A DNA stretch of 64,000 nt from Candidatus Magasanikiibacteriota bacterium (GTDB taxonomy: Bacteria > Patescibacteriota > Patescibacteriia > Magasanikbacterales > GWA2-37-8), in assembly GCA_963840935.1 (NCBI GenBank), contig CAWJAS010000001.1:579834-643833 (forward strand), given 5' to 3'. Under the pieces are notes generated by a model. It saw only the letters and a program-made list of their open reading frames with translations, did not search any database and was not told where the DNA came from. This document shows, one piece after another, positions 1 to 10,678 of this stretch. The stretch's first letter is position 1. Each line of letters opens with the position of its first letter. A program made the position numbers and the translations under genes.

Positions 1-2
1 AT

Positions 3-626
3 AACCCGACAACGCACGCCACAATACACGACCGATTAAAATTATCAACCGGAGAAAAAGTATCCAACAAGGATTTACTTTATTCATTTTTAATCGCTCC
101 GATTAATAATGCCGCCAGAATGATAGCGCAAGCAACCGGACTTAGCGAATCAAAATTTATTTCTTCAATGAACACAAGATTAAGCGATTGGGGGGCTGAC
201 AAAACAAAAATTTTTGACACGACCGGTTTATCCGAAAAAAATATTTCTTCGGCCAGAGATATGCTTAAAATTTTTACCAACGCTTTGGCAAACAAAACAA
301 TCCGCGAATCAATGGGTAAAACGAGTCATACATTTACCGAGCTATTAACTAAGGACGGTATTTCAAATCATAAAATTTCCAACTTTAATGATTTGATGTT
401 TAATCTGAAAAAGAACTATGAAATACTGGCTTCAAACACCGGATATACCGATAAATCAGGCGCGATAATGGCCGTGCTTGTCGAGTCAAAAAAAGCCAAA
501 ACTCAATATATCGTAATAACCATGGGAGACACCAATTACGATAACCGCTTTACCGAACCAAATCGTTTAGCTGAATGGGCCATAAACGCAAATAATACCG
601 CGGGCGTGGCGGGAATTACTAATTAA
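3..626 (+). CDS. D-alanyl-D-alanine carboxypeptidase (serine-type, S11 family), 5'-truncated at window edge
   Basis: The frame is open from nt 3 with no upstream stop. The C-terminal part of a PBP5/DacA-like domain is recognisable (SxN-like 'YSFLIAPINNA', 'KTKIFDTTGL'). Confidence 0.55.
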   Translation, partial: NPTTHATIHDRLKLSTGEKVSNKDLLYSFLIAPINNAARMIAQATGLSESKFISSMNTRLSDWGADKTKIFDTTGLSEKNISSARDMLKIFTNALANKTIRESMGKTSHTFTELLTKDGISNHKISNFNDLMFNLKKNYEILASNTGYTDKSGAIMAVLVESKKAKTQYIVITMGDTNYDNRFTEPNRLAEWAINANNTAGVAGITN

Positions 627-632
627 TTCAAT

Positions 633-1424
633 ATGCCCTTAGTTTTTGCCGCCATCACTCCTCACCCGCCAATACTAATACCTGACGTGGGAAAGGAATC
701 GATAAAAAAAATATCGCGCACGGTCAATTCGATGAATACGCTTGAAGAGCATTTTTATGCCGCTCATCCGGATTCGGTTATAGTAATTTCACCTCACGGA
801 AGTTATTTTTCCGAAGCGTTCACTATTAATTGTTGCTCTGAATTTACCGCCGATATGAAAAATTTCGGGGACTTGTCGGTCAATATGTCATTTAACGGGG
901 ATTTTTATTTGGCGCAACAACTGCGTGATTTAACAAAAAAGAAACACTTGCCTTCGGTTATGATTTCCGAGCCGAAACTTGACCACGGCACAAGCGTACC
1001 AATGTATTACTTCTCAAAACATAATAAAAAAGCCAAGTTATTGCAATTGGGTTTTTGCAATCTGGATTATAAATCACATCTTGATTTTGGTTCTCTGATT
1101 AAAGAAGCGATACATGGCACAAACAAAAGAATAGCCATAGTCGCTTCCGCTGATTTATCACACGCTTTGTCATCGGACGCACCGGCCGGTTTCAACAAAT
1201 ACGGAGCGGAATTTGATGAAAAAATTCGTGAATTATTTATGTCAAATAACCTATCCGGTTTGTCTCAAATAAAACCGTCGTTTGCCGAAAAAGCCGCTGA
1301 GTGCGGTCTGCGCTCTCTTCTGATTTTGGCCGGAATCATCCAAGGCACATCCTTCAATTACAAGGAATACTCATACGAAGACCCTTTTGGAGTCGGTTAT
1401 TTAACCGCTGAATTAGTATTATAA
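633..1424 (+). CDS. class III extradiol dioxygenase / Memo-like (LigB superfamily) protein
   Basis: The N-terminus 'AITPHPPILIP' and the His-rich pattern typical of the LigB/MEMO fold support a family-level call only. Confidence 0.4.
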   Translation: MPLVFAAITPHPPILIPDVGKESIKKISRTVNSMNTLEEHFYAAHPDSVIVISPHGSYFSEAFTINCCSEFTADMKNFGDLSVNMSFNGDFYLAQQLRDLTKKKHLPSVMISEPKLDHGTSVPMYYFSKHNKKAKLLQLGFCNLDYKSHLDFGSLIKEAIHGTNKRIAIVASADLSHALSSDAPAGFNKYGAEFDEKIRELFMSNNLSGLSQIKPSFAEKAAECGLRSLLILAGIIQGTSFNYKEYSYEDPFGVGYLTAELVL

Positions 1425-1428
1425 TTTT

Positions 1429-3291
1429 ATGATAATTCAAGTAATCCCGCTTCGACGGATGCCTTTTGAAATTTTTTGGCTGGATTACTCGGTTCCGGAA
1501 AATTTAATGAAGAATATCTCACCCGGCTCGCTTGTGACAATACCATTCAGAAATCAGATTTCATACGGCATAGTCGCTCACTTAAAACAATCAGAGGAAG
1601 CAAAAAAAATAAAAATTAAAGATATAGACGGTCTTGTTTTTGAAACTCCGCTTATTCCGCAAAATATTATCGACTTTACGGAGGAATTTTCATTATTTTA
1701 TCGTGTTTCACCGGGGGCTATTTTAAAAAATTTAATTTTCAAATTAATCAAAAAAAACTTGGCGCTGACAAAGGATGTGCTAAGGAATTGTGAGGTAGAA
1801 AAATATTCAAAAATCGGGAAAAAACCGATTCTTTTTAATTACAAATCTTCCGAACAAAAATACGCAAAAATTATTGAATTAAACCGCCAACAAGGGCAAA
1901 AATTTATATTAACGCCCTTCGTTGAATTAGCAAATGATATAATGGAAAATCTGCCGGATGATATCAAAGAAAATTGCATATTAATAACCGGCGAAACAAC
2001 TGACAAACAATTTTTTGAATATTGGTTAAGGATCAGAAATAACGAAAGTCTCACCGTAATCGGAACAAGAAGAGCGATTTTTTTGCCATGGATGAGTTTG
2101 GCCCACGTTATAATGGACGACGAAGGCGATTCGGTTCATAAGAGTTGGGATATGGCTCCGCGTTTTCATTCACGAGATGCCCTGCTTTTAATGTCCAAAT
2201 ACATTAATTGTGATATTTATTTATTTAGCCACACCCCTTCAATTGAAAGCTATTTCTTTGCCAAAAAAAATATTTATTCTCTGGAAGGAGAAGTGCAAAC
2301 TTTTACCAACCCTTCACCGATATTTGTAACATATAACAGTAAAAACAAATCCGCCCTTGATGATGAAATAATCGAGTCGCTCTCAAATTCCAAAAAAAAT
2401 TGCTTTATTTACATAAATAGAAAATCCGCTTATTCTTCGGTTGTATGCAAAGATTGCGGTCATGTATTCAGATGCAAAAATTGTGAAAGAGCTCTCAATC
2501 TAGTGCAAAAAAACAGTTTATTAAATTGCCTATTTTGCAACACCAACGAGACTCTACCGTTTGAATGCCCAAAATGTAACGGTTCAAATTTCGTTTTTTT
2601 GGGGCAGGGCGCCAAAAGTATTGTTCTGGACATAAAAAATAAATTTCCGCAAAAAAATGTAATCCTGGTCGACAAAGAATTGCTCGAAACAAAAATTAAT
2701 TTGCATGACATAAATAATTCTATAATTGTCGGTACCGAATTCGCCTGGACGCGAGTAAATTGGAAAAATATCGACGTCTTTGCCATGGTTGACCCGGATT
2801 TTTCGTTGACGTTGCCGGAGTACAGAGCGACCGAAGATCTTTGGCAAAAAATTCGTCAAACGCAATTTTTATTGCCTAAAAATTCATCTTTTTTCATTCA
2901 AACATGCAATCGCGAGCATTACGTTTATTCGGGTGTTTATAAGCCGGATATATTTTATGGAAAAGAGACTTTGGAGCGAAAAAAGTTTAGCTATCCCCCG
3001 TTCAAATACTTAATCAGACTGCTCATAGACTCAAATAATAAAGAGTACGACGAAGCCCTGGTTCTCCAATTCAAAACCAAATTATCAAGCTTGACACAGG
3101 GCAAAAACAGTGTTATCATAAACGGTCCATTAAAAGCTAACCCGCCTTATTATAGAGGCAAATATTGGCATATTGTACTCATAAAGGCGGACTACTCAAA
3201 CTACAAAAATATAACAAAAAACATTGCAAAAATTATTCCGTCAACTTGGAAATTCGACCCTAACCCAATCAGCATTTTATCAATATCATAA
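1429..3291 (+). CDS. priA: primosomal protein N' (PriA-like), Walker A degenerate
   Basis: The N-terminal 3'-DNA-binding region, a DExH-like 'MDDEGDSVHKS' and the PriA Cys-rich zinc-binding region ('CKDCGHVFRCKNCERAL...CLFCN...CPKCN') are present. No GxGKT motif is found. Confidence 0.7.
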   Translation: MIIQVIPLRRMPFEIFWLDYSVPENLMKNISPGSLVTIPFRNQISYGIVAHLKQSEEAKKIKIKDIDGLVFETPLIPQNIIDFTEEFSLFYRVSPGAILKNLIFKLIKKNLALTKDVLRNCEVEKYSKIGKKPILFNYKSSEQKYAKIIELNRQQGQKFILTPFVELANDIMENLPDDIKENCILITGETTDKQFFEYWLRIRNNESLTVIGTRRAIFLPWMSLAHVIMDDEGDSVHKSWDMAPRFHSRDALLLMSKYINCDIYLFSHTPSIESYFFAKKNIYSLEGEVQTFTNPSPIFVTYNSKNKSALDDEIIESLSNSKKNCFIYINRKSAYSSVVCKDCGHVFRCKNCERALNLVQKNSLLNCLFCNTNETLPFECPKCNGSNFVFLGQGAKSIVLDIKNKFPQKNVILVDKELLETKINLHDINNSIIVGTEFAWTRVNWKNIDVFAMVDPDFSLTLPEYRATEDLWQKIRQTQFLLPKNSSFFIQTCNREHYVYSGVYKPDIFYGKETLERKKFSYPPFKYLIRLLIDSNNKEYDEALVLQFKTKLSSLTQGKNSVIINGPLKANPPYYRGKYWHIVLIKADYSNYKNITKNIAKIIPSTWKFDPNPISILSIS

Positions 3292-3297
3292 TTTAAT

Positions 3298-3783
3298 ATG
3301 GTCAGAGAAATAACAACCTACCCCGACCTGATACTATCCAAAGTCGGACGCGAAGTGAATGCGAATGAACTATCAAACTCTGAAATCAAATCATTAATCG
3401 TCGACATGATTGAAACGATGTATTTTTCGGATGGAGTCGGAATAGCAGCGCCACAAATCGGAGAATCAATAAAGATTTGCGTAATCGCAAAAAAATTTGC
3501 CGATGGTTTTGATGATGATTTGGTGCTCATAAATCCCGTTTGGCAAAAAAAATCCATTCTCAAAGAATCCGGAGAAGAAGGGTGTTTGTCGGTGCCAAAT
3601 GTTTACGGAAAAGTAAATCGCTACAAAAAAATTAGTGTAAACGCCATAAACAAGGAAGGAAAAAATATTAATTTTGATGCTTCCGGTTTTTTTGCAAGAA
3701 TTGTTCAGCACGAAATAGACCATTTAAACGGCGTCTTGTTCACAGAAAAAGCAAAGGGTCTTTACCGCGCCAACCAATTATGA
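3298..3783 (+). CDS. def: peptide deformylase
   Basis: All three PDF motifs are present: 'GIAAPQIG', 'EGCLSVP' and 'QHEIDHLNG'. Confidence 0.92.
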   Translation: MVREITTYPDLILSKVGREVNANELSNSEIKSLIVDMIETMYFSDGVGIAAPQIGESIKICVIAKKFADGFDDDLVLINPVWQKKSILKESGEEGCLSVPNVYGKVNRYKKISVNAINKEGKNINFDASGFFARIVQHEIDHLNGVLFTEKAKGLYRANQL

Positions 3784-4700
3784 TAAAAATATTTTTTTAC
3801 GGTACTCATAATTTTGCCTCCGCTGTGCTTGGAAAAATTATCGCTTCCAATATTTTCGATGTTTCCGGGGTTGTAACCGCGCCGGACAAGCAAGTTGGAC
3901 GCGAACAAGCAGTCCAAAAATCGGCCGTAAAAATAATGGCCGAAAAATTTAACATTCCGGTTTACCAGCCGGAATCTTTAAAAGATTTTTTACCGGCTGA
4001 ATTAGCGCTCACTGATTTGGGTGTTGTTGTTGAATATGGAAAAATTATACCGCTTAATATTTTAAGCACGCCAAAACACAAAACAATTAACATACACGGT
4101 TCCCTTCTTCCAAAATATCGCGGAGCTTCACCCATCCAGTCGGCCATACTAAACGGCGAAAAAACCACGGGCATTACTCTGATGCTTATGGACGAAAAAA
4201 TGGATCACGGCCCGATGCTTAAAAAAACGGAAATACAAATATACCCGGATGAAATTAAAGATGATTTATCCGCCCGCCTTTCTCAAACAGCATCCGAATT
4301 ATTAATTTCTGTTGCCCCCGACTATATTGCCGGCAAAATAAAACCAATTGAACAGGAACATGATTCGGCAACTTATTGTAAAATTTTGACTCGTGAAGAC
4401 GGAATAATAAATTTTAGCAAATCAGCTATACAAATTTACAATCAATATCGAGCTCTGACTCCATGGCCGGGTATTTGGTGCCTTGCCGACAGCAAAAGAC
4501 TGAAACTTATTAAAATATCCATTGCCAATAAACCGGTTGAACAAGGTAAAATTATATTTGATAATACAGATATATTAATCGGCTGTGCCCAAAATTCTGC
4601 TATCAAAGCAGAGGTACTGCAATTGGAAGGTAAAAAAGCGCTCTCGGCACGTGATTTTATTAACGGTAACATCGGCCTTAATGGCTCTACGCTGAATTAA
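3780..4700 (+). CDS. fmt: methionyl-tRNA formyltransferase
   Basis: The 'HGSLLPKYRGASPIQ' formyltransferase motif is present. The gene has a 4-nt overlap with def, the classic def-fmt operon arrangement. Confidence 0.9.
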   Translation: MIKIFFYGTHNFASAVLGKIIASNIFDVSGVVTAPDKQVGREQAVQKSAVKIMAEKFNIPVYQPESLKDFLPAELALTDLGVVVEYGKIIPLNILSTPKHKTINIHGSLLPKYRGASPIQSAILNGEKTTGITLMLMDEKMDHGPMLKKTEIQIYPDEIKDDLSARLSQTASELLISVAPDYIAGKIKPIEQEHDSATYCKILTREDGIINFSKSAIQIYNQYRALTPWPGIWCLADSKRLKLIKISIANKPVEQGKIIFDNTDILIGCAQNSAIKAEVLQLEGKKALSARDFINGNIGLNGSTLN

Positions 4701-4702
4701 AT

Positions 4703-6112
4703 ATGGTTAATAAAAAAATAATCTTTTATTCAATACTCGTCTACTTTTTTTTGAGATTATTTTCTTATTTTTTCGGCTCGCCCACCCCGCTTTCAGATGG
4801 GTCCGTTGTGAACACCGCGTTTTCTGTTTTTTTGGTTATTGCGGTTGCTTATTTACTTGCAAAAAAAGATATAAGGGGCTGGCTCATAATTGCCGGGGAA
4901 TTAATGCTTGGCGGAAGCGGAAATATTTTGGCCATTGATTCAATTTCCGTGAGAACCGTGCTGTTAGTTGTTTCATTATTCATTTTTTTCACCCAGACAA
5001 TCCAAGCTAAAAAAATTCGGCAAACTTTTATCGACCCGATCAGCATACCCATTTTGTTTTTATTGCTATGGGCATCTATTTCGGCAATTATCGGCTGGCG
5101 TAATAATAATGAAATTGGCCTCATAATATCCGACTTTATCCCCTACTTATTCTTATTATATTATTATCCTTTAAAAGAACTGATTAAAAAAGATGATTTT
5201 AAAATATTCTGCCTAAATATTCTTATCTCCGCTGTATTGGCAAACGCGTTATTTATTTTGATCACGTTTATTATATTTAATCTGGAAATTACGGCAATGC
5301 AAGACTCGTATTACCATTGGTTCAGAGACATCGCTCAAGGTAAAATAACTTATTTGTCCGACGGATTTTATCGTTTGGTTTTAAACGAGCAACTACTCGT
5401 CGTGCCGATTGCCGTTTATTTTATTTTTCAGCAAATTAAACAATCCAAAAACATTAATCTTGTAATAATATTTGCCTTATCATTTATACTTGCCCTATCT
5501 TTGACCAGAATTTATTACTTGGCATTGGTTGTTTCGCTTTTTTGTTTATTTTCTCGTGAATATTGGAAAAAATGGTTTAAATATTCACTCTTAATATTGA
5601 TTTCAATTTTTATTTTTTTTACCGGCTTTTATTTGTTTGCCAGCCGTGGAATGAGTTTGGGTTGGGAATATTTTGGATTAAGAATCGGTTCAATCGCCTC
5701 GCCAGCAATTGAACAAAGTTCATTATCAAGAATGGTTTTATTACCGGAAATAATCAACAAAATTAAAAATAGCCCCGTTATCGGGTCCGGCCTCGGGTCA
5801 ACTGTCACAATTTTTAGTCCGGTATACAAAGAAACAATCACCACTCCACATTTTGACTGGGGCTATCTTGAAATAATGGCTGAAACCGGAATTATCGGCT
5901 TTATTGCATGGATAGCAATGATTTGCTATATTTTCTACTTAATAAAAAGCGATAAAAACAAAAAATCACCGCTTATTGCAGTAATCGTGGCGCTTCTTGC
6001 AATAAATATCACTTCCCCGGCGATATTTCACGTTCTTGGAGTTGTTTTAATTGTAATTATTTTAGCCCGTGTTTCTCCACAATTATCCGGCGAGCCGATT
6101 CAAAATCCTTGA
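4703..6112 (+). CDS. O-antigen ligase (Wzy_C/WaaL) family polytopic membrane protein
   Basis: The protein has many predicted TM helices, and 'HFDWGYLEIMAETGIIGF' resembles the O-antigen ligase periplasmic loop motif. Confidence 0.5.
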   Translation: MVNKKIIFYSILVYFFLRLFSYFFGSPTPLSDGSVVNTAFSVFLVIAVAYLLAKKDIRGWLIIAGELMLGGSGNILAIDSISVRTVLLVVSLFIFFTQTIQAKKIRQTFIDPISIPILFLLLWASISAIIGWRNNNEIGLIISDFIPYLFLLYYYPLKELIKKDDFKIFCLNILISAVLANALFILITFIIFNLEITAMQDSYYHWFRDIAQGKITYLSDGFYRLVLNEQLLVVPIAVYFIFQQIKQSKNINLVIIFALSFILALSLTRIYYLALVVSLFCLFSREYWKKWFKYSLLILISIFIFFTGFYLFASRGMSLGWEYFGLRIGSIASPAIEQSSLSRMVLLPEIINKIKNSPVIGSGLGSTVTIFSPVYKETITTPHFDWGYLEIMAETGIIGFIAWIAMICYIFYLIKSDKNKKSPLIAVIVALLAINITSPAIFHVLGVVLIVIILARVSPQLSGEPIQNP

Positions 6113-6770
6113 CGGACCTTGTTTTCCATGGTAGTTTAAAAAATATTTTTGGAACCCACTTGCTAATGCCTTTTCTTTTTCCGATTAATTTGGCATAAAG
6201 AGTTTCCGGCAAATAAATGCCGGTTTTATTTTTATTCACCATCGTTAACCATAAATCCCAATCCTGAAATCTTTTTATCGTTTCATCAAACCCGGGGAAA
6301 TCACTTCTTCTGATGAGCGATGTTGTGTCGATATAATTATTAATTTTTAATTTTTCAGCGTCAAATTCATGACTGAATATTGTTTTTAAGCCAAATTTGA
6401 AATCACAGTACGCAAAGGAAGCTGACGAACACGAATCCAAAGTTTGTTTCATTTTCTTGAGCATTTCCGGTTCCGCGATTGTGTCGGCATCCCAAAAAAT
6501 AACAAAATTTCCACTCGATTCTGCAAAGCCGGCATTTCGCGCGGCCGGAGCCCCTTTGTTTTCCTGATTTATAATTCGAATATTAAATTGGCGTAAATCT
6601 GAATCATTCAACAATTCTTTTTCTATTTCATTAAAATTATCGGTACTGCCGTCATTAATAATTATAATTTCTATCGGACGATATGTTTGGCAAACAATTG
6701 ACCGAACAGATTGCCTGATGACCGAGGCGTGATTATAAACCGGAATAATAATACTTATCAAATCATTCAT
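6057..6770 (-). CDS. glycosyltransferase family 2
   Basis: The sequence 'IIIPVYNHASVIRQSVRSIVCQTY...IIINDGSTD' and a 'DAD' motif indicate GT2. Confidence 0.75.
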   Translation of the reverse strand: MNDLISIIIPVYNHASVIRQSVRSIVCQTYRPIEIIIINDGSTDNFNEIEKELLNDSDLRQFNIRIINQENKGAPAARNAGFAESSGNFVIFWDADTIAEPEMLKKMKQTLDSCSSASFAYCDFKFGLKTIFSHEFDAEKLKINNYIDTTSLIRRSDFPGFDETIKRFQDWDLWLTMVNKNKTGIYLPETLYAKLIGKRKGISKWVPKIFFKLPWKTRSVKDFESARRIIVEKHGLK

Positions 6771-6775
6771 AAAAG

Positions 6776-7888
6776 TTATTTATATATTTCGTTCAATAAA
6801 TTATCATAAGCAAACTCTTTTAGAATTCTCTCGCGAGAATATCCTCCCATTTCCAATCTCAAAGCATCGTTCAATAAAAGATTTATAATTGCGTTAGCAG
6901 TATTAATTTCAAAATTCGAGTCCACCAAAACACCGGTTTTATTATCAATAACCGCTTCGCTCACTCCGCCGACATTACCGGCCACCACAGGCAATCCGCA
7001 AACTCCGGCTTCCAAAAATACCATCCCCCACCCTTCTTCGTGATTTTCGTCCTTATGTGACAATAAAACAAATAAATCGGAAATCTGATAATAAATCGGC
7101 AAATCTATGTTGGGCAAGGCGCCAATATAACGAACAACATTTTCTAAATTAAATTTTTTGATTAATTCCAAAATATATTGCTTTTTGGGACCGTCTCCAA
7201 CAAGTAAAAGCACGGCATTGGGTATTTGTTCCGAAACTTTAACCATTGCCTTTAACAATCGGGGGAATCCTTTGCCTTCATCAAAACGACCAACAGATAT
7301 AATTATTTTTTTTCCTTCCAAGGCTAATCTTGATTTTAACGAAATTAAATCACTTTTATTTGGCTCTGTCGCAAAATGCTTTCCGGGCGCGGGCGGGCAA
7401 ATAAAAACATTATTCAAACCCGTGATTTTTGACAGCAATTTATTCTTTAAAAATTCACTACTGACAATTATTTTTTTGGCATATTTGCATACTAATTTGA
7501 GTTTGCCGATTTTCTTCTTCAAAGCCATCTCCAAATCACTACCGTGAAAAATAATTATGTATGGTTTTTTCAAAAACTTTAAAATCAGATAACCAATATA
7601 ACCGCCGGGCAAAGCATGTTGGATTACAAGCAAATCAATTTTTTCATTCTTAACGATTTTTTTAATCTGAAAATACCACTTTAACCATCTTGGCCAAAAT
7701 AATTTTGCATACGGCTTACCACGGTAAACTTTCCATGGATGATTATTATCAAAAACATCATCACCTTTTTGCTTTGGCGCCCAAACAACAATATCGGATG
7801 GCTGAGCCTGCCCTGCCAAATTAAATGTGTGAGTGGCAATTCCGCCTATTTGCGGAGGGTACTCAAGGGTTATTATTAGTATTTTCAT
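6776..7888 (-). CDS. glycosyltransferase family 4 (GT-B)
   Basis: The GT4 signature 'EGWGMVFLEAGVCGLPVVAGNVGGVSE' is present. The start is chosen at the internal 'MKILIITLEYPP'. Confidence 0.7.
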   Translation of the reverse strand: MKILIITLEYPPQIGGIATHTFNLAGQAQPSDIVVWAPKQKGDDVFDNNHPWKVYRGKPYAKLFWPRWLKWYFQIKKIVKNEKIDLLVIQHALPGGYIGYLILKFLKKPYIIIFHGSDLEMALKKKIGKLKLVCKYAKKIIVSSEFLKNKLLSKITGLNNVFICPPAPGKHFATEPNKSDLISLKSRLALEGKKIIISVGRFDEGKGFPRLLKAMVKVSEQIPNAVLLLVGDGPKKQYILELIKKFNLENVVRYIGALPNIDLPIYYQISDLFVLLSHKDENHEEGWGMVFLEAGVCGLPVVAGNVGGVSEAVIDNKTGVLVDSNFEINTANAIINLLLNDALRLEMGGYSRERILKEFAYDNLLNEIYK

Positions 7889-9326
7889 ATAAATTTTTTC
7901 CAAATAATTTATGACGTATTTCAAATATTATCTCCTTGTTAAGCCCACCGGTAATAAACAACAAAATTACGTAAACCGCGACCCCGATTGGAATGGTATA
8001 TATAAAATTAATTTTTAGGCCAAGCCAAAATACCAGCGCTCCCATAATAATCGATGGCACAAAAGAACGAATAAAATAACCGAATATCATCTTGCCGTTT
8101 ACCGCCACATACCTGCGAACAAAAACAAACCCAAGCAACCACAAAACCGAATTACCGATTAAAGCCGAAACTGCCGCCCCGTTAATTCCTATTTTTGGCA
8201 AAAGTATCAAATTAAAAATAACATTAACCACAAGCACAATCGCCATAATCATTGTTTGTTTGCGCTGTTGGCCGATGGCGTTCAAAAAAGTTCCGCTAAG
8301 CAGAGCCAAGTAAGAAAACACAAGGCTAAACGCCAAAATTCTTAATGGAGCGACCGATGGAGCATAATTTTGGCCATATACCATAACAATAAATGGTCCG
8401 GAAATGGCAAATATTCCGGTGGCTAATGGAAATACAATTGTGAATAGATAACGCCATGATTTTTCAAAAAGTTTGGCCAAAGCAGAACGGTCTGATACAA
8501 ACAAAGAACTAAATACCGGATACACGCTTGCCGATAAAGCAAGCGGAATAAACTGAAAAGCAAAAACAATTTTATACGGCACGCTCCACCATCCTAATTC
8601 GCGTTCTGATAAAATTTTTGACATTAGCAAGCTATCGCTATATGAATACAGCCGACCAATAATTCCGGCAAGAGCAAACGGCCAAGCCATGTTAAAAAAT
8701 TCCTTGCATGAAGCCGTATTTATAGATGCTCTGATCTTTATCAAACAAACTTTTACCGCAAAAAAACCGGAATAAAACACATTGAATACACTGGCGCAAG
8801 TATATGCTCCAATCAGCCAAATTAACGGCAGTTTGAAATAAAGGGCCAATGAGCCAACAAAAAGCGTTATGAATTGAGAGGCAACAATGCCGAATGACTC
8901 ATATTTTAAGTTTCTTTTGGCCCTGAAAACGGCGTAAAAAAGCGAGTGCAGATTGTCGAGCCACATTGTGAAACCCGCCAAATAAATCAAATATTTTGTT
9001 GTTTCGGGATAATTCAAAATGTTTACAAAAAATATCACAAGCAAATAAGCCACCGCGCCAAAGATTAATTTGCCTCCAAAAATTGAAGAAAATATGCTTT
9101 GAGTTTTTTCCGGTGATTTTGAAGCTTCGCGAGTAAGGACATTGGCCAAACCAAAATCAGCCACCACGGCAAAAATACTGGTAAATGTTAGGGCAAAAAA
9201 ATACATTCCAGTGTTCTCCACCCCGATTAATCGCGCGATTACCGTAAAATAAACAAAGGAAATTATCTTTTGCCCGATGGACGCAACTGTTAGAAACGAT
9301 GTATTTTTGGCGACAGAGTATGTCAT
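7863..9326 (-). CDS. polysaccharide flippase (Wzx/MOP superfamily)
   Basis: This is a 487-aa protein with about 12-14 TM helices and the typical Wzx layout. Confidence 0.65.
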   Translation of the reverse strand: MTYSVAKNTSFLTVASIGQKIISFVYFTVIARLIGVENTGMYFFALTFTSIFAVVADFGLANVLTREASKSPEKTQSIFSSIFGGKLIFGAVAYLLVIFFVNILNYPETTKYLIYLAGFTMWLDNLHSLFYAVFRAKRNLKYESFGIVASQFITLFVGSLALYFKLPLIWLIGAYTCASVFNVFYSGFFAVKVCLIKIRASINTASCKEFFNMAWPFALAGIIGRLYSYSDSLLMSKILSERELGWWSVPYKIVFAFQFIPLALSASVYPVFSSLFVSDRSALAKLFEKSWRYLFTIVFPLATGIFAISGPFIVMVYGQNYAPSVAPLRILAFSLVFSYLALLSGTFLNAIGQQRKQTMIMAIVLVVNVIFNLILLPKIGINGAAVSALIGNSVLWLLGFVFVRRYVAVNGKMIFGYFIRSFVPSIIMGALVFWLGLKINFIYTIPIGVAVYVILLFITGGLNKEIIFEIRHKLFGKNLYENTNNNP

Positions 9327-9370
9327 ATTTATATGGCTTATTCTATCATCAAAACTTGCTTATTACAAAC

Positions 9371-9395
9371 AAAAAACCGCCGATAAAGGCGGTTT
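9371..9395 (-). terminator. hairpin terminator downstream of rpsI
   Basis: The sequence 'aaaaaccgcc gataa aggcggttttt' forms a stem with A/T runs on both sides. Confidence 0.5.
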
Positions 9396-9404
9396 TTGAT
9401 TGAT

Positions 9405-9914
9405 TTAACGTTTGCTCCACTGTGGCGCTCTGCGGGCTCTTTTTAAACCCGGTTTCTTTCTTTCCTTTTTTCTGGCGTCTCTTGTTAAAAATCCTTGTGA
9501 TTTTAAAGCTTTTTTGAAATCTTCATTCCACAACAAAAGCGCTCTGGAAATTCCGTGCTTTACCGCGTCAGCTTGCCCTTTTTTGCCACCACCGGCAACC
9601 TTAACAGATACATCCAAGTCTTTTTCTTTACCCATGGCTTTTAAAGGAAGCAGAACAATTTCTTGCAAAGTAATATGGGAAAAATATTCTTTAAAATCCT
9701 GACCATTAACGACAATTTTGCCGGTTCCTCGGGAAACCCGCACTCTGGCCGAGGCGGTCTTTCGTCTTCCAACCGAACGACAAAAATCCGCTCCGTTTAC
9801 TTTTTCCGGTTTTTCAGCCTTAACTTCAACAACCGGTTTCTTCGCAACCGCGGTCTTTGTCGCAACAGTCGGGGCTTTTGTTTTTTTGGTTTTTACTGTG
9901 GCAGTTTTTGGCAT
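9405..9914 (-). CDS. rpsI: 30S ribosomal protein S9 with Lys/Ala-rich N-terminal extension
   Basis: The C-terminus matches S9 ('[10 protein letters not shown]...[27 protein letters not shown]'). Confidence 0.85.
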   Translation of the reverse strand: MPKTATVKTKKTKAPTVATKTAVAKKPVVEVKAEKPEKVNGADFCRSVGRRKTASARVRVSRGTGKIVVNGQDFKEYFSHITLQEIVLLPLKAMGKEKDLDVSVKVAGGGKKGQADAVKHGISRALLLWNEDFKKALKSQGFLTRDARKKERKKPGLKRARRAPQWSKR

Positions 9915-9920
9915 AAATGA

Positions 9921-10277
9921 TTATTTAAACTTCAAACGTAACATCCTCGCGGTGCGTAATTTATTTTTGGGTAACATTCTTTCGACCGCGTGGCATAAAA
10001 TTTCTTTTGGATTTTCTTTCATGATTTTTTTGGCCGGCGTTTCTTTTAATCCGCCCGGATGCATTGAATGCCTGCGATAAATTTTTTGCTCAATTTTTTT
10101 ACCGGAAAAACGCAGTTGGTCAACATTAGAAACAATTACTTTGTCGCCGGAATCAATGTGAGCCAAATACCCCACTTTTGTTTTGCCGATTAAAATTGAG
10201 GCGATTTTTGATGCCAATCTTCCCGGTGTTTGGTCGGTGGCGTCAATTTCAACTTTTTTTCTAGATATTTTCATCAT
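9921..10277 (-). CDS. rplM: 50S ribosomal protein L13
   Basis: 'DATDQTPGRLASKIASILIGK...GDKVIVSN' matches L13. Confidence 0.88.
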   Translation of the reverse strand: MMKISRKKVEIDATDQTPGRLASKIASILIGKTKVGYLAHIDSGDKVIVSNVDQLRFSGKKIEQKIYRRHSMHPGGLKETPAKKIMKENPKEILCHAVERMLPKNKLRTARMLRLKFK

Positions 10278-10304
10278 ACTTATTAAACTTATTCACGAAT
10301 ATTA

Positions 10305-10661
10305 TTATTTGATTAGCTCAATAACGGCCTGGTCGGCGCCGTCGCCCACTCGCGTCTTTGTGGTCAATACCAAGCGAGTATAACCGCCTTTTTTATCAAC
10401 ATATCTTAGGGCGATTACGTCCATCAATTTTTTAACCGCGTTTTTGGTATATAATTTTTTAATCAATTCTCGGCGAGCGGATAAATTATTTTTCTTCGCG
10501 GTGGTAATTAACTTTTCCACAAACGACTTAACCGCCCTTGCTTTTGCCGGGGTCGTTTTAATTCTCTCGTGCAATATCAAACTCTCAGCCAAATTGGTGA
10601 TTAATGATTTGCGCGCTCCTTTTTTTCTATCTAATGTGACTTTCTTCTTTAGGTGTCTCAT
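10305..10661 (-). CDS. rplQ: 50S ribosomal protein L17
   Basis: 'MRHLKKKVTLDRKKGARKSL...' matches L17. Confidence 0.88.
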   Translation of the reverse strand: MRHLKKKVTLDRKKGARKSLITNLAESLILHERIKTTPAKARAVKSFVEKLITTAKKNNLSARRELIKKLYTKNAVKKLMDVIALRYVDKKGGYTRLVLTTKTRVGDGADQAVIELIK

Positions 10662-10678
10662 AAGGGAAAATTAGCAAT

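Noticed and set aside
9412-10080. Plus-strand ORFs (9412-9702, 9663-9920, 9718-10080) opposite rpsI/rplM
   Set aside because: They are antisense to highly conserved ribosomal protein genes and have low-complexity translations.
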